Origin: Raillietiella orientalis
Lineage: Eukaryota
NCBI GenBank assembly: GCA_036172245.1
Contig: JAYWIR010000015.1
Coordinates: forward strand, 868,001-932,000
Direction: 5' to 3'
Length of the DNA: 64,000 bases
In this document: positions 1 through 12,049 of the stretch, piece after piece
Numbering within the stretch: the stretch's first letter is position 1
Layout: every line of letters begins with the position of its first letter
Position numbers and translations under genes: made by a program
Notes under the pieces: generated by a model
Told to the model about the DNA's origin: nothing
Databases searched by the model: none
The model's input: the letters and a program-made list of their open reading frames with translations, nothing else

Positions 1-450
1 AGCTTCATTTCATCAGAGCAGGATGGCACTTCTCCCCATGCGTGGCGACATGACCTCAGTCACTCAGTGGAAACCTACCTCTGTCCTGAACTCCAGTGTC
101 GAGTGGATGGCGAAGATATGGACCAACAGACTGAAGAGATGCATCGCCCACACAAACGTGATTCATTCCTGAAAGGTACATGTGAGGACAGCTTCTTTTA
201 GAACACAACCGCATTCTAGGAAGCGACCTGCTGCTGGGTCTTACTAATACTGAGAAGTCCTTGGCTACATGACGATGTTGAGGATACTGAGGAAAATGGG
301 CTTCCCAGAGAAATTTCTGATGTACATGAAGACTATCCTGGGAGAAGCACGATTCCTCCTCACCATCAGTGGCAGGAAATCTGAAGACAACCGTCAAACT
401 CGGAAAGGACATTTACCAAGGAACTGGACAAGAACTAAACTGAACATTTA
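1..450 (+). mobile_element. Decayed non-LTR retrotransposon (L1/Tx1-like) reverse transcriptase fragment
   Basis: Frameshifted remnants VTQWKPTSVLNS (cf. NWRPISLLN), IWTNRLKRC (cf. ILANRLK) and LRILRKMGFPEKFLMYMKTIL..ISGRKS (cf. L..MGF...FI.WI...NG..S) occur in the expected order. Confidence 0.6.
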
Positions 451-849
451 ACAAGAAGGAGCAAAACAAATTTGTGATACGAATCTGCAACGTGCAAGAC
501 ACAATGCTGCAAAACTTCTTCAGCAACGCACGCCGATCCAAGCACGAAAGACGGTCAGTAGCCATGTAAAGGACAAATTCCCCCAAGGGATCTCCAGGGA
601 CTCTCCTTCAGCAAGACATCCGAATCAAGCGATCATCAGCAAGTGGAGCCAGCCACCAAGAGCGACGTGGAAGAGCTGATGCCAAAGTGCATCCGAGAAA
701 ACAACGAGGTGGAGTTTAGGCATCTTTGGAGGATGGGAGACTACGGGATCCGGGACACACGGTTCGATGCTTTGAAGCAGACCGTGCCTAGGTTTTGCAG
801 CAGGGACGTCCTCCGCTCTATCGATTGCCTGGCCATAGCAGAGATCGGC

Positions 850-3800
850 TGATTTCTGAAAGCGCAGACAATACAGAGTCCGTCAACGAATATCATCGAG
901 CAAACAACTGTGAGGAAGTTCGCACAATCATCGAAGCAGAAGGAGCGTGCAAAGAAGGGAAAGGTAGACAAATAAAGTGCGATGGCATCTTTACTGTCGG
1001 CGACCAGAATTGTGCAAGAATCACCTGCTGGGACATCAGCGGACTCTCAAACTCGGAGAAACGGAGAGGAGGTCATGCAAGCCATCGGACATGATCCCAT
1101 CATCTTCTAGGAAACCCAACAGATCAACTAGGGAAATAGTCAGAACTTCGGTAACGGGCCGAACGTCCAACTGTTCCTCAGTAAAGGCACCAGGAACTCA
1201 AAAGGAGTGGCGACTGTCGTGAAAAACGAGCAATTGTACGCCACCTTACAGACGTTCGTTGCCTAGGAAAGCCGAGCTGAGGATGCCCTGTTTCCTAATC
1301 GTGCACGAGAAAACACAGATGTGCGGAATTTCTGCCAAAAACTGGGGAGTTAGGTCGCACCCTAGAGCGTCGTCATCATCGCGAAGATGTAGACATCTTG
1401 CTTCGGATCCAGGGGCTCCGAGGAAGCACAGGGTACAAGCGGCTGTCTGAAGAATTCAGACTGTAATGGCTAACAGCAATCCACAGATCCATCGACAATG
1501 TTCTGATAGCGGAAAGCATCCGCAACGATCCTGAGACACGTACACTGTTCGGAGACCATGCCCTGGTGCAGTTTATCATCAAGACGAAGAAACCTCTTAA
1601 GGAAATAGAAACAAGATTGGCGTTCACCAGCATGATCGCTGGTTCGAGATACTTTCCTATCATCAGGAAGCCGTGGAAACCATATTGCGGAACACCCCAC
1701 CGTTGGCAGCGGCACCCATCACCGGGACAGGTGAAAGCACACCACCCACTTGATTTTTAACCCACGATTCGGCGACAGGAACGCGTACCCGGAGTTGAAC
1801 ATCCAAGATCAATCCAACTCGATGAGCTACGAGCAGTTTGAGAGAAGGCAGGCATTCAAGAATATCAAGGAAAAAATAAAAATGCTGGACAACAAGGATA
1901 TCGCCTGAGAAATCTTCTGAATCCTGTAGGCAGGTCAGACCCGTTGCAGGATAGAGGAGATCGTGGCTGCCTTGGAGCACCATCATACCAAATGTTTCCG
2001 ATTGAAGCAGCTCCGCAGGGTGGAACAAGGCATCATTCTGCAGCACCTTCCCAAGAGGGTAGCAAGATGGAATGATCAAAAGCTTCACAATCTGAGAAAT
2101 CAACAACCCGTTCGCTGGACTGTAAAGGATGTGGTAGGGGAACCCAATAGTTTGCCCATCTCGCACAATCATCGTAGCCTGCATACGTCTCTTCCAGGAA
2201 CTGGGATTCGAGGTTCGACTCCGTTTCACCAGAGCAGGATGATATTGCCGAAAGCAGTAAAACTGAGTCACGTCATCCGATGGAGACCAGTCACCATCCT
2301 TAGAAAGGATGCAAAGAGGCTGGAAAACATCTGCTTCAACCGCTGGAAAATCACCTACCCGGCGGCGATTTCTCCAAATCAGCTATTCGCGATGGTCTCA
2401 TGACCGACAATGTCTTGTTCATCTAAACCAGCACAAGAAATGACCGATACTTTGGCAACGGTGCTGGACTTCACGGACACGAGGGAAGCATCAGACACGA
2501 CATCAGACTCGTGAGGGTCTTGTGAGCAATGGATCTTTGGAGCCATTTCCGCGAGTACGTGAAGATCATCTCGATGGAAGCCATCTTCAAGATCCAGATC
2601 CACGAAAGGGGAACGCAAGCGATTCAATTTGAAAAGGGTATCAGTCAAGGAGACGCGCCGGATCGGATGCTCCTCATAATTAAAGTACATGCAGATCTCC
2701 TCCGAGACTTGAAAATGGATGAAGAACCTAACTAGAGGCCAATCAGACATTTGATGACGACCACCACTTCTTCCTAAAGCATTAGAAGAATCCGTAGGCA
2801 TTTCTGGAAGTGGTCAGTTTCATGAAATACAGACTGGTTCTGGCGATCAGTGCCATAAATCGGAACTCTTGCCCATATGCACCATGGATACCTTCACACT
2901 AACGAAGGACGGATTGCAAGTGCTTGATACGCTGGAGTGCTTGGGAATCCACCTCAGAGACGCCTCGACGTCCCAAACTCTGTCGAAAGGAATCCTGGGG
3001 ACGACAGAAGAGGAAGCAGACAAGTACAATGGAGCTGCCCTTAACATCAGACAGGGGGTCGACTTGTGGAACGGAGTTCTGCTTCCCTTCAAAGCTTGTC
3101 TTCGGAGCAGCCTTCTACCGGATGGGTGAGAGAAAACCAAACGAAAGTATTTCATACTTCGGAGGAAAATCTTATGGGAAGAATTCAAGTCAAGGATGAA
3201 GCCAAAACATCTATGTGTCCCAATGTACAATGAGGGATGAAGCGTGCTGAGCATTTCATCCGGCTCATGGATGCATAGCAAATCCTAGAACTCGTGGAAA
3301 ACGGGTCGTTCGAGTGGTGACCTGTCGCTCATAGGGCTCATTCAAAACTGATCGGCAACTCTCCTGTCAAAACAAGGAGGTGGGTGAGTGCATCAGAAGC
3401 TGGTCAACAGCTGACAGTTGAAAGCAGTTCCTCAAAGCAAAGAGATGTGGTACGAAGAACCAACATTGCCAATTCCCTGCTTCTTTCCCATTCCCTGGGC
3501 AACGGAACAATAAATCCACCGAGGGCCAGGACTGAAGATTGGAAGCTGGGAACCGTTCTCCACCAGTGGCAACTGGCACGAAATGTAACTGTTCCGGTAG
3601 GCAGCATCAATGAAGGGAAGCTTTAATCACTGGATTCGGAACTATGCACGGGACTGCATGAAGAAAGAATGCGGGTTCTCGAAAAAGAGGAACAGAAGGT
3701 GCCAACTGCGTCTGCCAATAGATATGGGAGGATTGCAACGAGCAAAAGAGCAAACCCGAATAACCACATGGTGGAACGACTCGTTCGCTTCCACCGGCCA

Positions 3801-4190
3801 CTTGGGATTAGCTTCTCATGTTCCACAGAGAAAGATTCCCGAGTGTCGCCGGATTGCGGCTCTGGGCGGGAAATCCCTAGCACGAGGTCTGCATGGCACT
3901 GGAGACAGGCAGACCCAGCGGCACGCGTCCCCACGCCAACTCCATTACGCGACTGGAAAGCAGGAGAGCAGGAGACGAGCCTGAAGACAAAATGAAGATG
4001 AAAACCCTGGGCGGGCTGTGGAATGCTACACCTGCACAACCCCACGGAGAGGATGGCATCTCCTACGTCACGAGCACCATGACAAGAGCGAAGGCCCTGA
4101 AAGGGAGGACCCCAGAAGCCATGGACATGAGAGCAAGGTTCGAAGACCCGAACGATAAAAATAGGGAATGTCGGAATCTTGAAAGATCAT
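850..4190 (+). mobile_element. Decayed L1/Tx1-clade LINE ORF2 (APE endonuclease + RT + C-terminal region), many stops and frameshifts
   Basis: IFTVGDQNC at ~1000 (APE GDFN motif); MILPK...RWRPVTILRKDAKRLENICFNRWK...ISPNQ at 2240-2385 (cf. LIPK...NWRPISLLNxDYKILxKILANRLK..IxPDQ); FEKGISQGDA..ML.II at ~2630-2680 (GVRQG motif); ECLGIHL at ~2940; LCVPMYNEG at ~3215. Confidence 0.75.
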
Positions 4191-4880
4191 GAAAAGTAAA
4201 TGTACGACTTCATTACATACATTAATATATGTATTTCTATGTAAATCTATATACAGATTTGTTAAAAGCATATAGTTATTAATATTTATTGACATGCACA
4301 TCATTCATATACTTAATAATATGTCTGAATATGTATACTGAAAATTATAAAATATATCTATGAATTTATTACATATTTTATTTTCTCCCATTGTTTTTTA
4401 TTGCTGCTACTGTTTTTCACTTTTTTTAGTTCGATATTTATATTTCCGTTTGATATATATTTATTATATATAGGAATACACATATACATACATATTAATA
4501 TATGTAATAAACATATATATTCAGTCCTATAATCTTAAATATATATATTCCTAACATATTAATAGATATTATTAATTGTATTAATAAAATAAATACTAAT
4601 AAATACCAATAAATACAGATGCCAAAAGAATATTTTTACGAATAATATTATGTCAGTAAATATTAATAAATATGTACGTTAAAATAAACCTGTACAATGA
4701 TCTCTTTATATATTTAGATAATCTATATGTATATAGATATGTACATAATAATCATATATATTTATTTTTAATACCCTTTATAATATGCATGAATGTATAA
4801 GTAAACACATACATAAATAATATATACATATGTATATTAATATACATAAGAAACATATGTATTTAGTCATATAATTTTTC
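4190..4880. repeat. Very AT-rich low-complexity island, homologous at its start to 61260-61380
   Basis: Abrupt compositional switch. 4197 aaatgtacgacttcattacatacattaatatatgtatttctatgtaaatctatatacagattt aligns with 61271 gaatgtacaagtttgttatgtacattaatatacatatttctatatagattaatacacaaattt. Confidence 0.75.
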
Positions 4881-4978
4881 GGGATTCGGGCATTCAGGAT
4901 TTTTTCCTGTTAAATTTCACTGATATGGAATTGCGCACCGGCGTTGACCGTCTACGAAGCTCTTAAAGGCTGCCTATG

Positions 4979-5330
4979 CCACCCGCGGGTGCGTGTAGCA
5001 GGTCGAGTTTTGGGGGGCAATCCGGGAGAGACCACCCTATCAATCCAGGAAGTCCGGTAAAGGGAGTCTGTTCCTCTCACTCTTAGTAGGCAACCCCCGA
5101 AGGGAACCCTCAACCCTGGTTCGTCTTTGAAGGGAACCCGAAAAGGATCACTCTTGGAATTTCTTTTCCGGAGGGAACCCGCAAGGGAACCTCTCCTCCT
5201 TGTTTCCTCCCCTGAAGAGAATCCTAAAGGGACGCTTCCGAATTTCTCTGAGAGGTTCCTCCCCTTAGGGAAATTCGAGCTGAGCGGAGCGCTCTCTGCA
5301 TCCAGGAGAGGCAACCCCTGAGGGGGGTAT
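4979..5330. repeat. Unclassified dispersed repeat, copy 1 (GGGAACC-rich)
   Basis: Collinear with 10868-11130: cacccg..gtg, gacca.ccta, gttcctct, aagggaacc, gagaatcc, tttctctga, ggagcgct. Confidence 0.65.
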
Positions 5331-5419
5331 CAAGAAGACCCGTGGTACTTGATTGGGGAAAGGCTCCATTTTCACAACCGGAGGGTAGCCCCGAAGGGAA
5401 CTGTAATTTCGATCTCTGG

Positions 5420-5660
5420 AAGGACCCCGGGAGGTCCAACTTCCAACTCGGCCAGCCAACAGGGGCGTCTGGCTTCGACAACTGCCGCACCCAATGCCTA
5501 CAGGACAACCAGCGTCATCCTGCCGGGGGAGACACGAAACCCACGACGCACCCGTTGCTCTGGCGCCGATCTCCCACGTGGGGTTCGAAGCCGCGACGCT
5601 TCGTACCACGCGCGGAGACCGCAGCCACACCGCTGCAACGTGGGCCGCGTGGCTGCGTCT
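5420..5660 (-). mobile_element. Probable LINE fragment related to 11750-11990
   Basis: aacccacgacgc...ccgatctc...gcgcggagaccgcag...gcaacg resembles 11886-11972 aaccccacgacacgtccgatctc...cgcggaagctgcag...ccaacg. Confidence 0.4.
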
Positions 5661-7748
5661 CTTGAGGATGCATGAAGTGATATTTCTGAACTTGATGGCA
5701 GAGACGTTAGCGGGCTCTGCAGATGAAAGGATGCGAGAGAGGAAGCTCTGGCTCCTGAGGCCAGTCTATGCGTGCATGTTTTCTTTGCTGTCGAACAGAG
5801 CTTCCCGGTCTTTACATCGATGCTGGTGGTCGGATTCAAAGAAGGGGAGCGAATGCCTTTCTCTCTTGGAGAAAATCAGATCGGGCTAGAAACGAATAGT
5901 TACTGAGTCAGAGACTAAGGACCTGGAAGGAGGAACCACTAGAGAGGGAGCGTGGTCAAGATGAAGCGAATCCAAGGTGTCAAGGAAAGCGAGTGTCTCC
6001 AGCGGCCTCACTTTTTGAAAGAAGAGTGGAAACCAAACCGAGGTTTCCACCTCATTTCACAAGTAGCGCTGTAAAGGCACTGGAAATTCAGAGTTCCGCA
6101 TGAAGACTTCGGGGAGTCTGAAAAGCAGCCACGGGCGAGATTTGCATTGTCGACCATTCCTGGGGTTTCAGTACGAAGAGAATTCTTTTCGGCTTCAAGA
6201 AAAGACACGGAACGCTCTTTTAGGGGCCTCTGCTTCCTTACTTTAGCTGATACGTCCGAATTCATTTCCCTAAGCAACTGCGGATAGTCCTCAGCAGTCC
6301 CCCGAGTCGAAGAAGGGTGCCGTGGCGACAGACATCGCAGTTCCCGATACAGCTCATGGAAAACAAGAGGCCCCTTTGCACTCTGAAGCACACTGAAGCT
6401 CCAGAACAGCTGGTTACTTTGGAGACCGAATAGGTGTGTGGTTGATTCTCGTTCGCAAAATGCAGATCTTCCGGCTTAGTGCAGCTACCGGCATTTGTGC
6501 CGACTTCCCTTCGTCAGAGTGAAACCTTCAACGATCAAAGCTGCATTTCCACAGCGGCTGGATTCAAGAAGCACCTCTAGCTGAACGATCATTCCTCTGT
6601 GGAAGTTGGGATTTTCCTGGATCCTCCTTGGGTCCAGCCAAAGCACCGACGTGCATGAAACTTCGACAGCATTCGAACACGTGAACTCTGAGGTTTCTTC
6701 ATGGTAACTTACAGAAAGACATTGTGAGAACAGCCTCTCTCTTTCCTTGAGTTTCTTCTCAAGATGACTGCCTGCCAAGATAAGAGGAGGAAGAACGGCT
6801 GGATCATCTGTGCATCCGAACCCTTCCTGTGAGGTGTGAACGAGATAAGCGTGTGCTGACAAAGGAGCGGGGTCATGTATTGGCTAACTGGGCGAACGGG
6901 AACAAACTATGAAGAGTGAAGACGGTGGATTCGATGAAAGAGCATATGCTCCAGCATCATCTAATGTCCGAAAATCCTGCTTGCTGCCTACTCTTCGAGT
7001 TGCAGACCCTAAAAACGTTCACGGACGATTGTGCTTAGATTTTGGAAATGCCAGCATTCTTCTAAATGACGGGAGTTTCCGTTACAGAGATGGGAACGCC
7101 TTTCTTCTGAGCGTACAGAAGCGCACAGTGCCTTTTCCTAGTTTCACCACTGCTTGGAATCATTCCAAAGTGTTTCTCGGTCTGTTGATTCGTATTTACT
7201 AGCCTAAATTCTGATTCTGTTGCATATGTGGAGATCTTTGAACCCTCCTATCTTATTCTTATCTTGAATTTACTTTTCCTGAGGTTCAATAATTTCGATA
7301 TCTGCCAATAAAGGGTTCATACTCTGGCTAAGCCTAGAAAGAGATCTAATCCCAATATGCTCCATCTTATGTCCTTTGTCTTCCGTTTATCATAATTGCT
7401 CTGTGGTAGAATATTCTCTCTTACAAGCAACGACATCGTAAGCTCGACCCTCTCACTTTTATGCTCTCTTAAGGAGAACCCTGTTTGTGAGGAGATAAAA
7501 TAACGTGGCAAACGAAATCATCTGAATACTAGGGGGTTTCAGACTTTTTCAGTGATTTTTTTTTGTTAACATACGGAAGAAAGTTCTATTGCTTATACAA
7601 GCATGGCCATTTGGAATTCCTTCACCTCAGTAAGAGAAATTTGATCGGACAGGATAGCCATCACTCGCCATCTTTTCCTCGTTATGTCTATGCAATAAGT
7701 TCCGGCAAACGTCTCAAGATGTCAGCGCTGTGCTTTTTCGCGTTATAA

Positions 7749-8023
7749 ACGTCAGCAAGGATATAAATCAAGCCACGACGCTGGTGTTCTTTCACCTTTG
7801 CAAGTTTGATCAACAGCTTTCATTCACTCTGCTCTTTTCTTGACACTCATATTGTTACCATGTCTCATGAACTCATGGCATCCTGTTGCTACACAGAACA
7901 TCATTTAATGTCAGTTTCAACGAATACGTAGGTGATGGAAAAGTCAAAGCATCTGGGAGTGGTCCGACAACTACTGCGGCTGCCTTCACCTGATAATGCA
8001 AAAGCTGAAAGAGCTCAAACCTT
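7749..8023 (+). repeat. 275-bp segment with an exact inverted copy at 12970-13244
   Basis: Base-by-base reading shows reverse-complement identity from acgtcagcaagg... to ...gagctcaaacctt. Confidence 0.95.
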
Positions 8024-8620
8024 CTTTTGAAAATTCCTCAGGAGAGACGCAACATCTTCTTTCAAAAGAAAGAATGGAAGCATTCAATGTGTTCAGGTGT
8101 GGACCATGAGTGTGCCGCGATCCTTCCGTCTATATCTCTTCCTCTAAGGATATCCAGTGATTAATGGTACAAATAATAGCAGGCTCTGTTTCCTTGATAG
8201 GAAAATGCTTTGTGGGAAAATACCTAGAGATGTAGCTTATCATAGTGGTGTCTTTCTCAAACCTAGTGGCTCAAAACTGGCGAGATCATCCGTGCATATG
8301 TGGATGTATAAATAGATGACTCATTTTTTAGACCACTCATTTCTTTCCGAGTGGCTCATTCTAAGGATTTGTTTGGTTCCAAATGACTATCACTTATTTG
8401 CATTACTTATGCGTTACAAGAATTTCAGCAGTGTCCAATCAGAGGTATTCATCGCCACTGCTCTCTGGACACAGATGCAAGAACCAGGTCCTTACATATC
8501 TTATGCTCCTTGCAACTCGCAGAAACGAGACGCCAATCCCAATGCAAAAGACGGATTTGTGGGATGCCACTTCTAAGTTTATTCGTATGCACTCTAAAAA
8601 GTGTTCCTCTGCTTGGTTAT
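7750..8620 (+). mobile_element. Possible decayed Mutator-like (MULE/FAR1-type) transposase remnant
   Basis: Weak motifs in order: CSFTFA...MSHEL (FAR1-like C..HxHEL), VINGTNN (cf. DGTxxTN), NPNAKDGFVGCHF* (cf. FPNAxxxGCxFH). Confidence 0.35.
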
Positions 8621-9072
8621 CCTTCATGTACCACTGCGACGTTCATCATCAGCTAAAGAAAACAAACACTCTCTTAAAAAGCTGTAAGGCAATCAACTTT
8701 GCGGATGCTCTTATCAAATGGTTGTTCTCCACAGTTTTCGTAGAGATAACCACCAGCTTTCCTCTTCCCTCGGAAGCTGGCCAAAGACAGTATGCATGTC
8801 GAGGGCTCATTTGACTGGCATCTATATGAGTCCAAGACAACTAAAGGAGTCATTTTGAGATCGTAGAGAGCATGCAGACTGCATCATGACCGATTGCATC
8901 CATGAGTGTCATCGAAGATGCAATTCGTTCATGCTCTTTTCAAAAAGGGGACGAGATGATATAGTATAACTGACCATTTTGCAAAAGTAATATCTTATAG
9001 ACATTATACAGGGATTTAATCCGATCATTCTCCATCGGAAACAAAGAAAAGCGGTGCATTGCCTTACTTAGA

Positions 9073-9841
9073 TACGAGGCGCATCTCAAAAGTAATGGCC
9101 GATCGGATATAAAGAAAAAACAAATAAGAGAAACAAAAGTGTATTGGTGCCTCGAAACACATACAATTACCATGTCATTTTCCTACGTAGTCACCGTTTT
9201 TTTCCAAATACTTCCGAAGCCGTGGAAGAAGCTTTTTTAGATCCCCTGCATCAGATTCCGCCCCTGGCAGTTCAGCCAGTGAAGCAGCACTGAGGTTTTC
9301 AACTCCTCTCTTTCTCCCTCGAATCGTTGAGCCACTTCTTGAGGCTCAGGAAGACGTGATAGAACCAAAAGGGTGTGCATTTGGAGGACTGTATGGAGCC
9401 TGGAACGACCATCACTTCGCAAGTCTACTGTGTACAAACACTTTCAGAGCTGCAGCGTGCCATTCAGAACCGACGGCGTGGGATGCTGAGATCAGGGATC
9501 GTTCTTCTCCTTGACGGCAACGCGCTCCTTGGCAACTACCACGTCTTCCTTCCTGCGCCTCAGGAAGTGACTTGCATCCTAATACGATTCGAGGGGGAAA
9601 TTGATTTTGAGTTGAAAACCTCAGTGTTTCTGCACTGGCTGAACTTCCAGGAGGCGGAATTTTAGGCAGACGGTTCTAAAAAGCTTCTTCCATGGTATCA
9701 AAAGTGTTTGGAAAAAAATGGCGACTGCGTGGAAAAATGACATGGGGGTGCATGTGTTCCAAGCCACCAATACACTTTTATTTCTCTTATTTGTTTTTTC
9801 TTCATATACGATCCGCTCTTACTTTGGAGATGAGCCTCGTA
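9073..9841. mobile_element. Non-autonomous mariner derivative bounded by TA, with two inverted 3' ends
   Basis: Left end TA-CGAGGCGCATCTCAAAAGTAA, right end TTACTTTGGAGATGAGCCTCG-TA. Internal + strand transposase remnant EPGTTITSQVYC..TLSELQRAIQNRRRGMLRSGIVLLLDGNA...YHVF...ELKTSV..WL..Q.AEF...KCLEKNGDCVEK*. 9073-9363 is a diverged reverse complement of ~9530-9841. Confidence 0.85.
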
Positions 9842-10867
9842 TATGCAAGAATCCTGCCATGCAATCCATCTACAAATGCGTCCATATAGATATATCAGAA
9901 AACATTCTGAGTAGCTCTCTTTCAGCTCGTTTCCATTGGGAGTTATTGACAGGCTAATTGGCAGTGCTCTTTTCTTTGAGAAAGGAGACCGTGATCTGCT
10001 ACTCTCACATGATCCACCTTCTATCAGTAAATGAGTATGAATTGCAGCTATCGCGATCCCACCTTGAAGGGTGAAAATTCTTGTATCAGTTCTTGCATAT
10101 CCGCAGTGAATGCCTCCAAATAAAAAGCGAACTGAGTCTCCCAAATGTAGCGACGATTATGGTTTTTCGTTTCCCTCCTCCTTTCCACTTGATCTGTTTT
10201 GATTAGTGCCCTTCTGGCTCGGAGCTCTCGTCGTTTCTGCATCTGCTTCGTTCACGTGTTTTCTGAACTGGACCATCTTAATACGCAGGCTGCTCGTGTT
10301 CTCAAGAGAGAACGAAGAACGAAACTGTTCCTCGTGATGTTTCTATCTGCAGAGCTTCGCCGTTACTCTTGACAGCTGAGCTTGGATTTTTGGATCTCTT
10401 TCTGTTTCCTCACCAGGTACTGGCATTCTCACATCTCACATATTTCGCTGTAAAACGACGGGCATCCGGTGAATTCCCAGTTTGCAGGTTTCAAGGTTTG
10501 AAGCAGTGTGCTAAAACTGACATCTCACCAAAGAGACGTGATGAATATTCGGTGTGCAGTGCAGCATCGATTAATCATCATGTTCAAGGACTGAAAACAC
10601 TTATCATCTCAACGGCCGTGTTTGATGGAGATTTCTCTCTCTTTTCTTTCTTTCTAAAGAACCAGCGGCCATCTCAGCTATTACTATTTGTGATCGTCAC
10701 TATTCAACCTAGGAGGACGGGAAGGGTTCTTCTATTTCGTTGCTTTTCTTTTTCAGTTTCCTTTCTTCTGGTTCGTTAAGCACTCAAGAATCGCTCACTC
10801 CCCTTGGAAGCATCGGAGTCTTCACATGTCGCCACATGGGGCTCACAGGACTTTTAAACTGTGACGT

Positions 10868-11130
10868 CACCCGAGAGTGTGGTAACTCAGTCAGGGGCAC
10901 ACACCGAAGGGACCATCCTAATTACCTTGGAAAAGCCTTGTGGGTGGACTCCGTTCCTCTTTCTCGTGGTGAGGAACCGGAAAGCAACCTTTTCCCTGGT
11001 TGTGTCCGAAGGGAACCGCTCCTGATTTGCTACTCTGTGGAGAATCCATGAGGGATAATTCCAATTTTCTCTGAATGGCTTACCCTAAAGGGGGAGCGCT
11101 TCCAGCGCATACCGGGGAGGAAGCTCTCCG
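10868..11130. repeat. Unclassified dispersed repeat, copy 2 (same orientation as 4979-5330)
   Basis: Collinear diverged match to 4979-5330. Confidence 0.65.
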
Positions 11131-11254
11131 AGAGAAGGGTCGACTCCCTGACACAAACTAGATTGTGACCGGGTGCGCCGGGGCGTTTATTTCGTATGTG
11201 AAAAATGAAGTCATAGTCTTTGCAAGTCGTGCAATTTAACGGGAGCCTGCCGGG

Positions 11255-11995
11255 TCACCGGTACGCGGGCCGGTGAGTTCCTTTACGACAGCAGAGGGAG
11301 GGAGGCAAACAAACAAAAAAAAGAGACACCAAAAATAAATCAATAACTTTGGGAGTGCGGGAAGGGATCAAGTTCTTTTGGGGGTGCTCCTCTGTATCCT
11401 CTGGAGGATGCCGACAAGCTCTTGCTGTATACAGTGCCTCAGGAGGGGCAATCTCATTGCGATCCTCATGAATCGGATGCCAAAGTGGATGGCATCCCCG
11501 TCGCTGTGTCCTCTTGCGTTGCTCCAAGAAGCGACGATCCTTCGTGGGTAGCAGAGAGCAGCTAGCGAGGCTGGGGGCCGAAGTGCGTAACGAACGAAGA
11601 AGGGCTTCAGTGATTCCCTGGAGTTGCCGCCGGGGGTTCCTAGTGTCGCGTCAAGGAGTTCCCAGAGGGGCCGGAGGGCGACACAATTCACAAACAGCTG
11701 CGGGAGGAATTCACGCTCCCCGGATGACACAGACTAGAGGGGAATCACGAAGGTACCGTGATTCCCGGAAACATTTGGAAGTCTGCTTCCCATTCCGGCC
11801 AGTCGACGGGAGTTTCCGGTCTCCAGCGCGTGCCAGTACCACACCCAAGGCCCATGGGCAACTGACGTCCTGCGAGGGAACTCTAAACCCCACGACACGT
11901 CCGATCTCGGCGTTGATCCTTCAATCAACGCTTGATGGCGCTCGCGGAAGCTGCAGACGCAAGGCCGCCAACGCGGTCCTCAACGCTATTTGTTC
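11255..11995 (-). mobile_element. 3' portion of a LINE family (Cys-rich C-terminus + 3' UTR), copy A
   Basis: GEREFLPQLFVNCVALRPLW matches CNRCGEKNKEILPTLLLNCAALRPLW at ~17050, a degenerate CxxC...ExxxH...C knuckle. Shares RACRHPPED-encoding DNA, a T-rich tract and accggtgacccggc with 27180-27355. Confidence 0.6.
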
Positions 11996-12049
11996 TTTGT
12001 AGAGTCCTCTAAACGTTCTCACTGGAAAATGGACGATCTGCGTGTTCAC

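Noticed and set aside
2205..2231. tRNA/B-box-like GGTTCGACTCC...ACCA
   Set aside because: No T-stem pairing, cloverleaf or A box; lies inside the LINE RT remnant.
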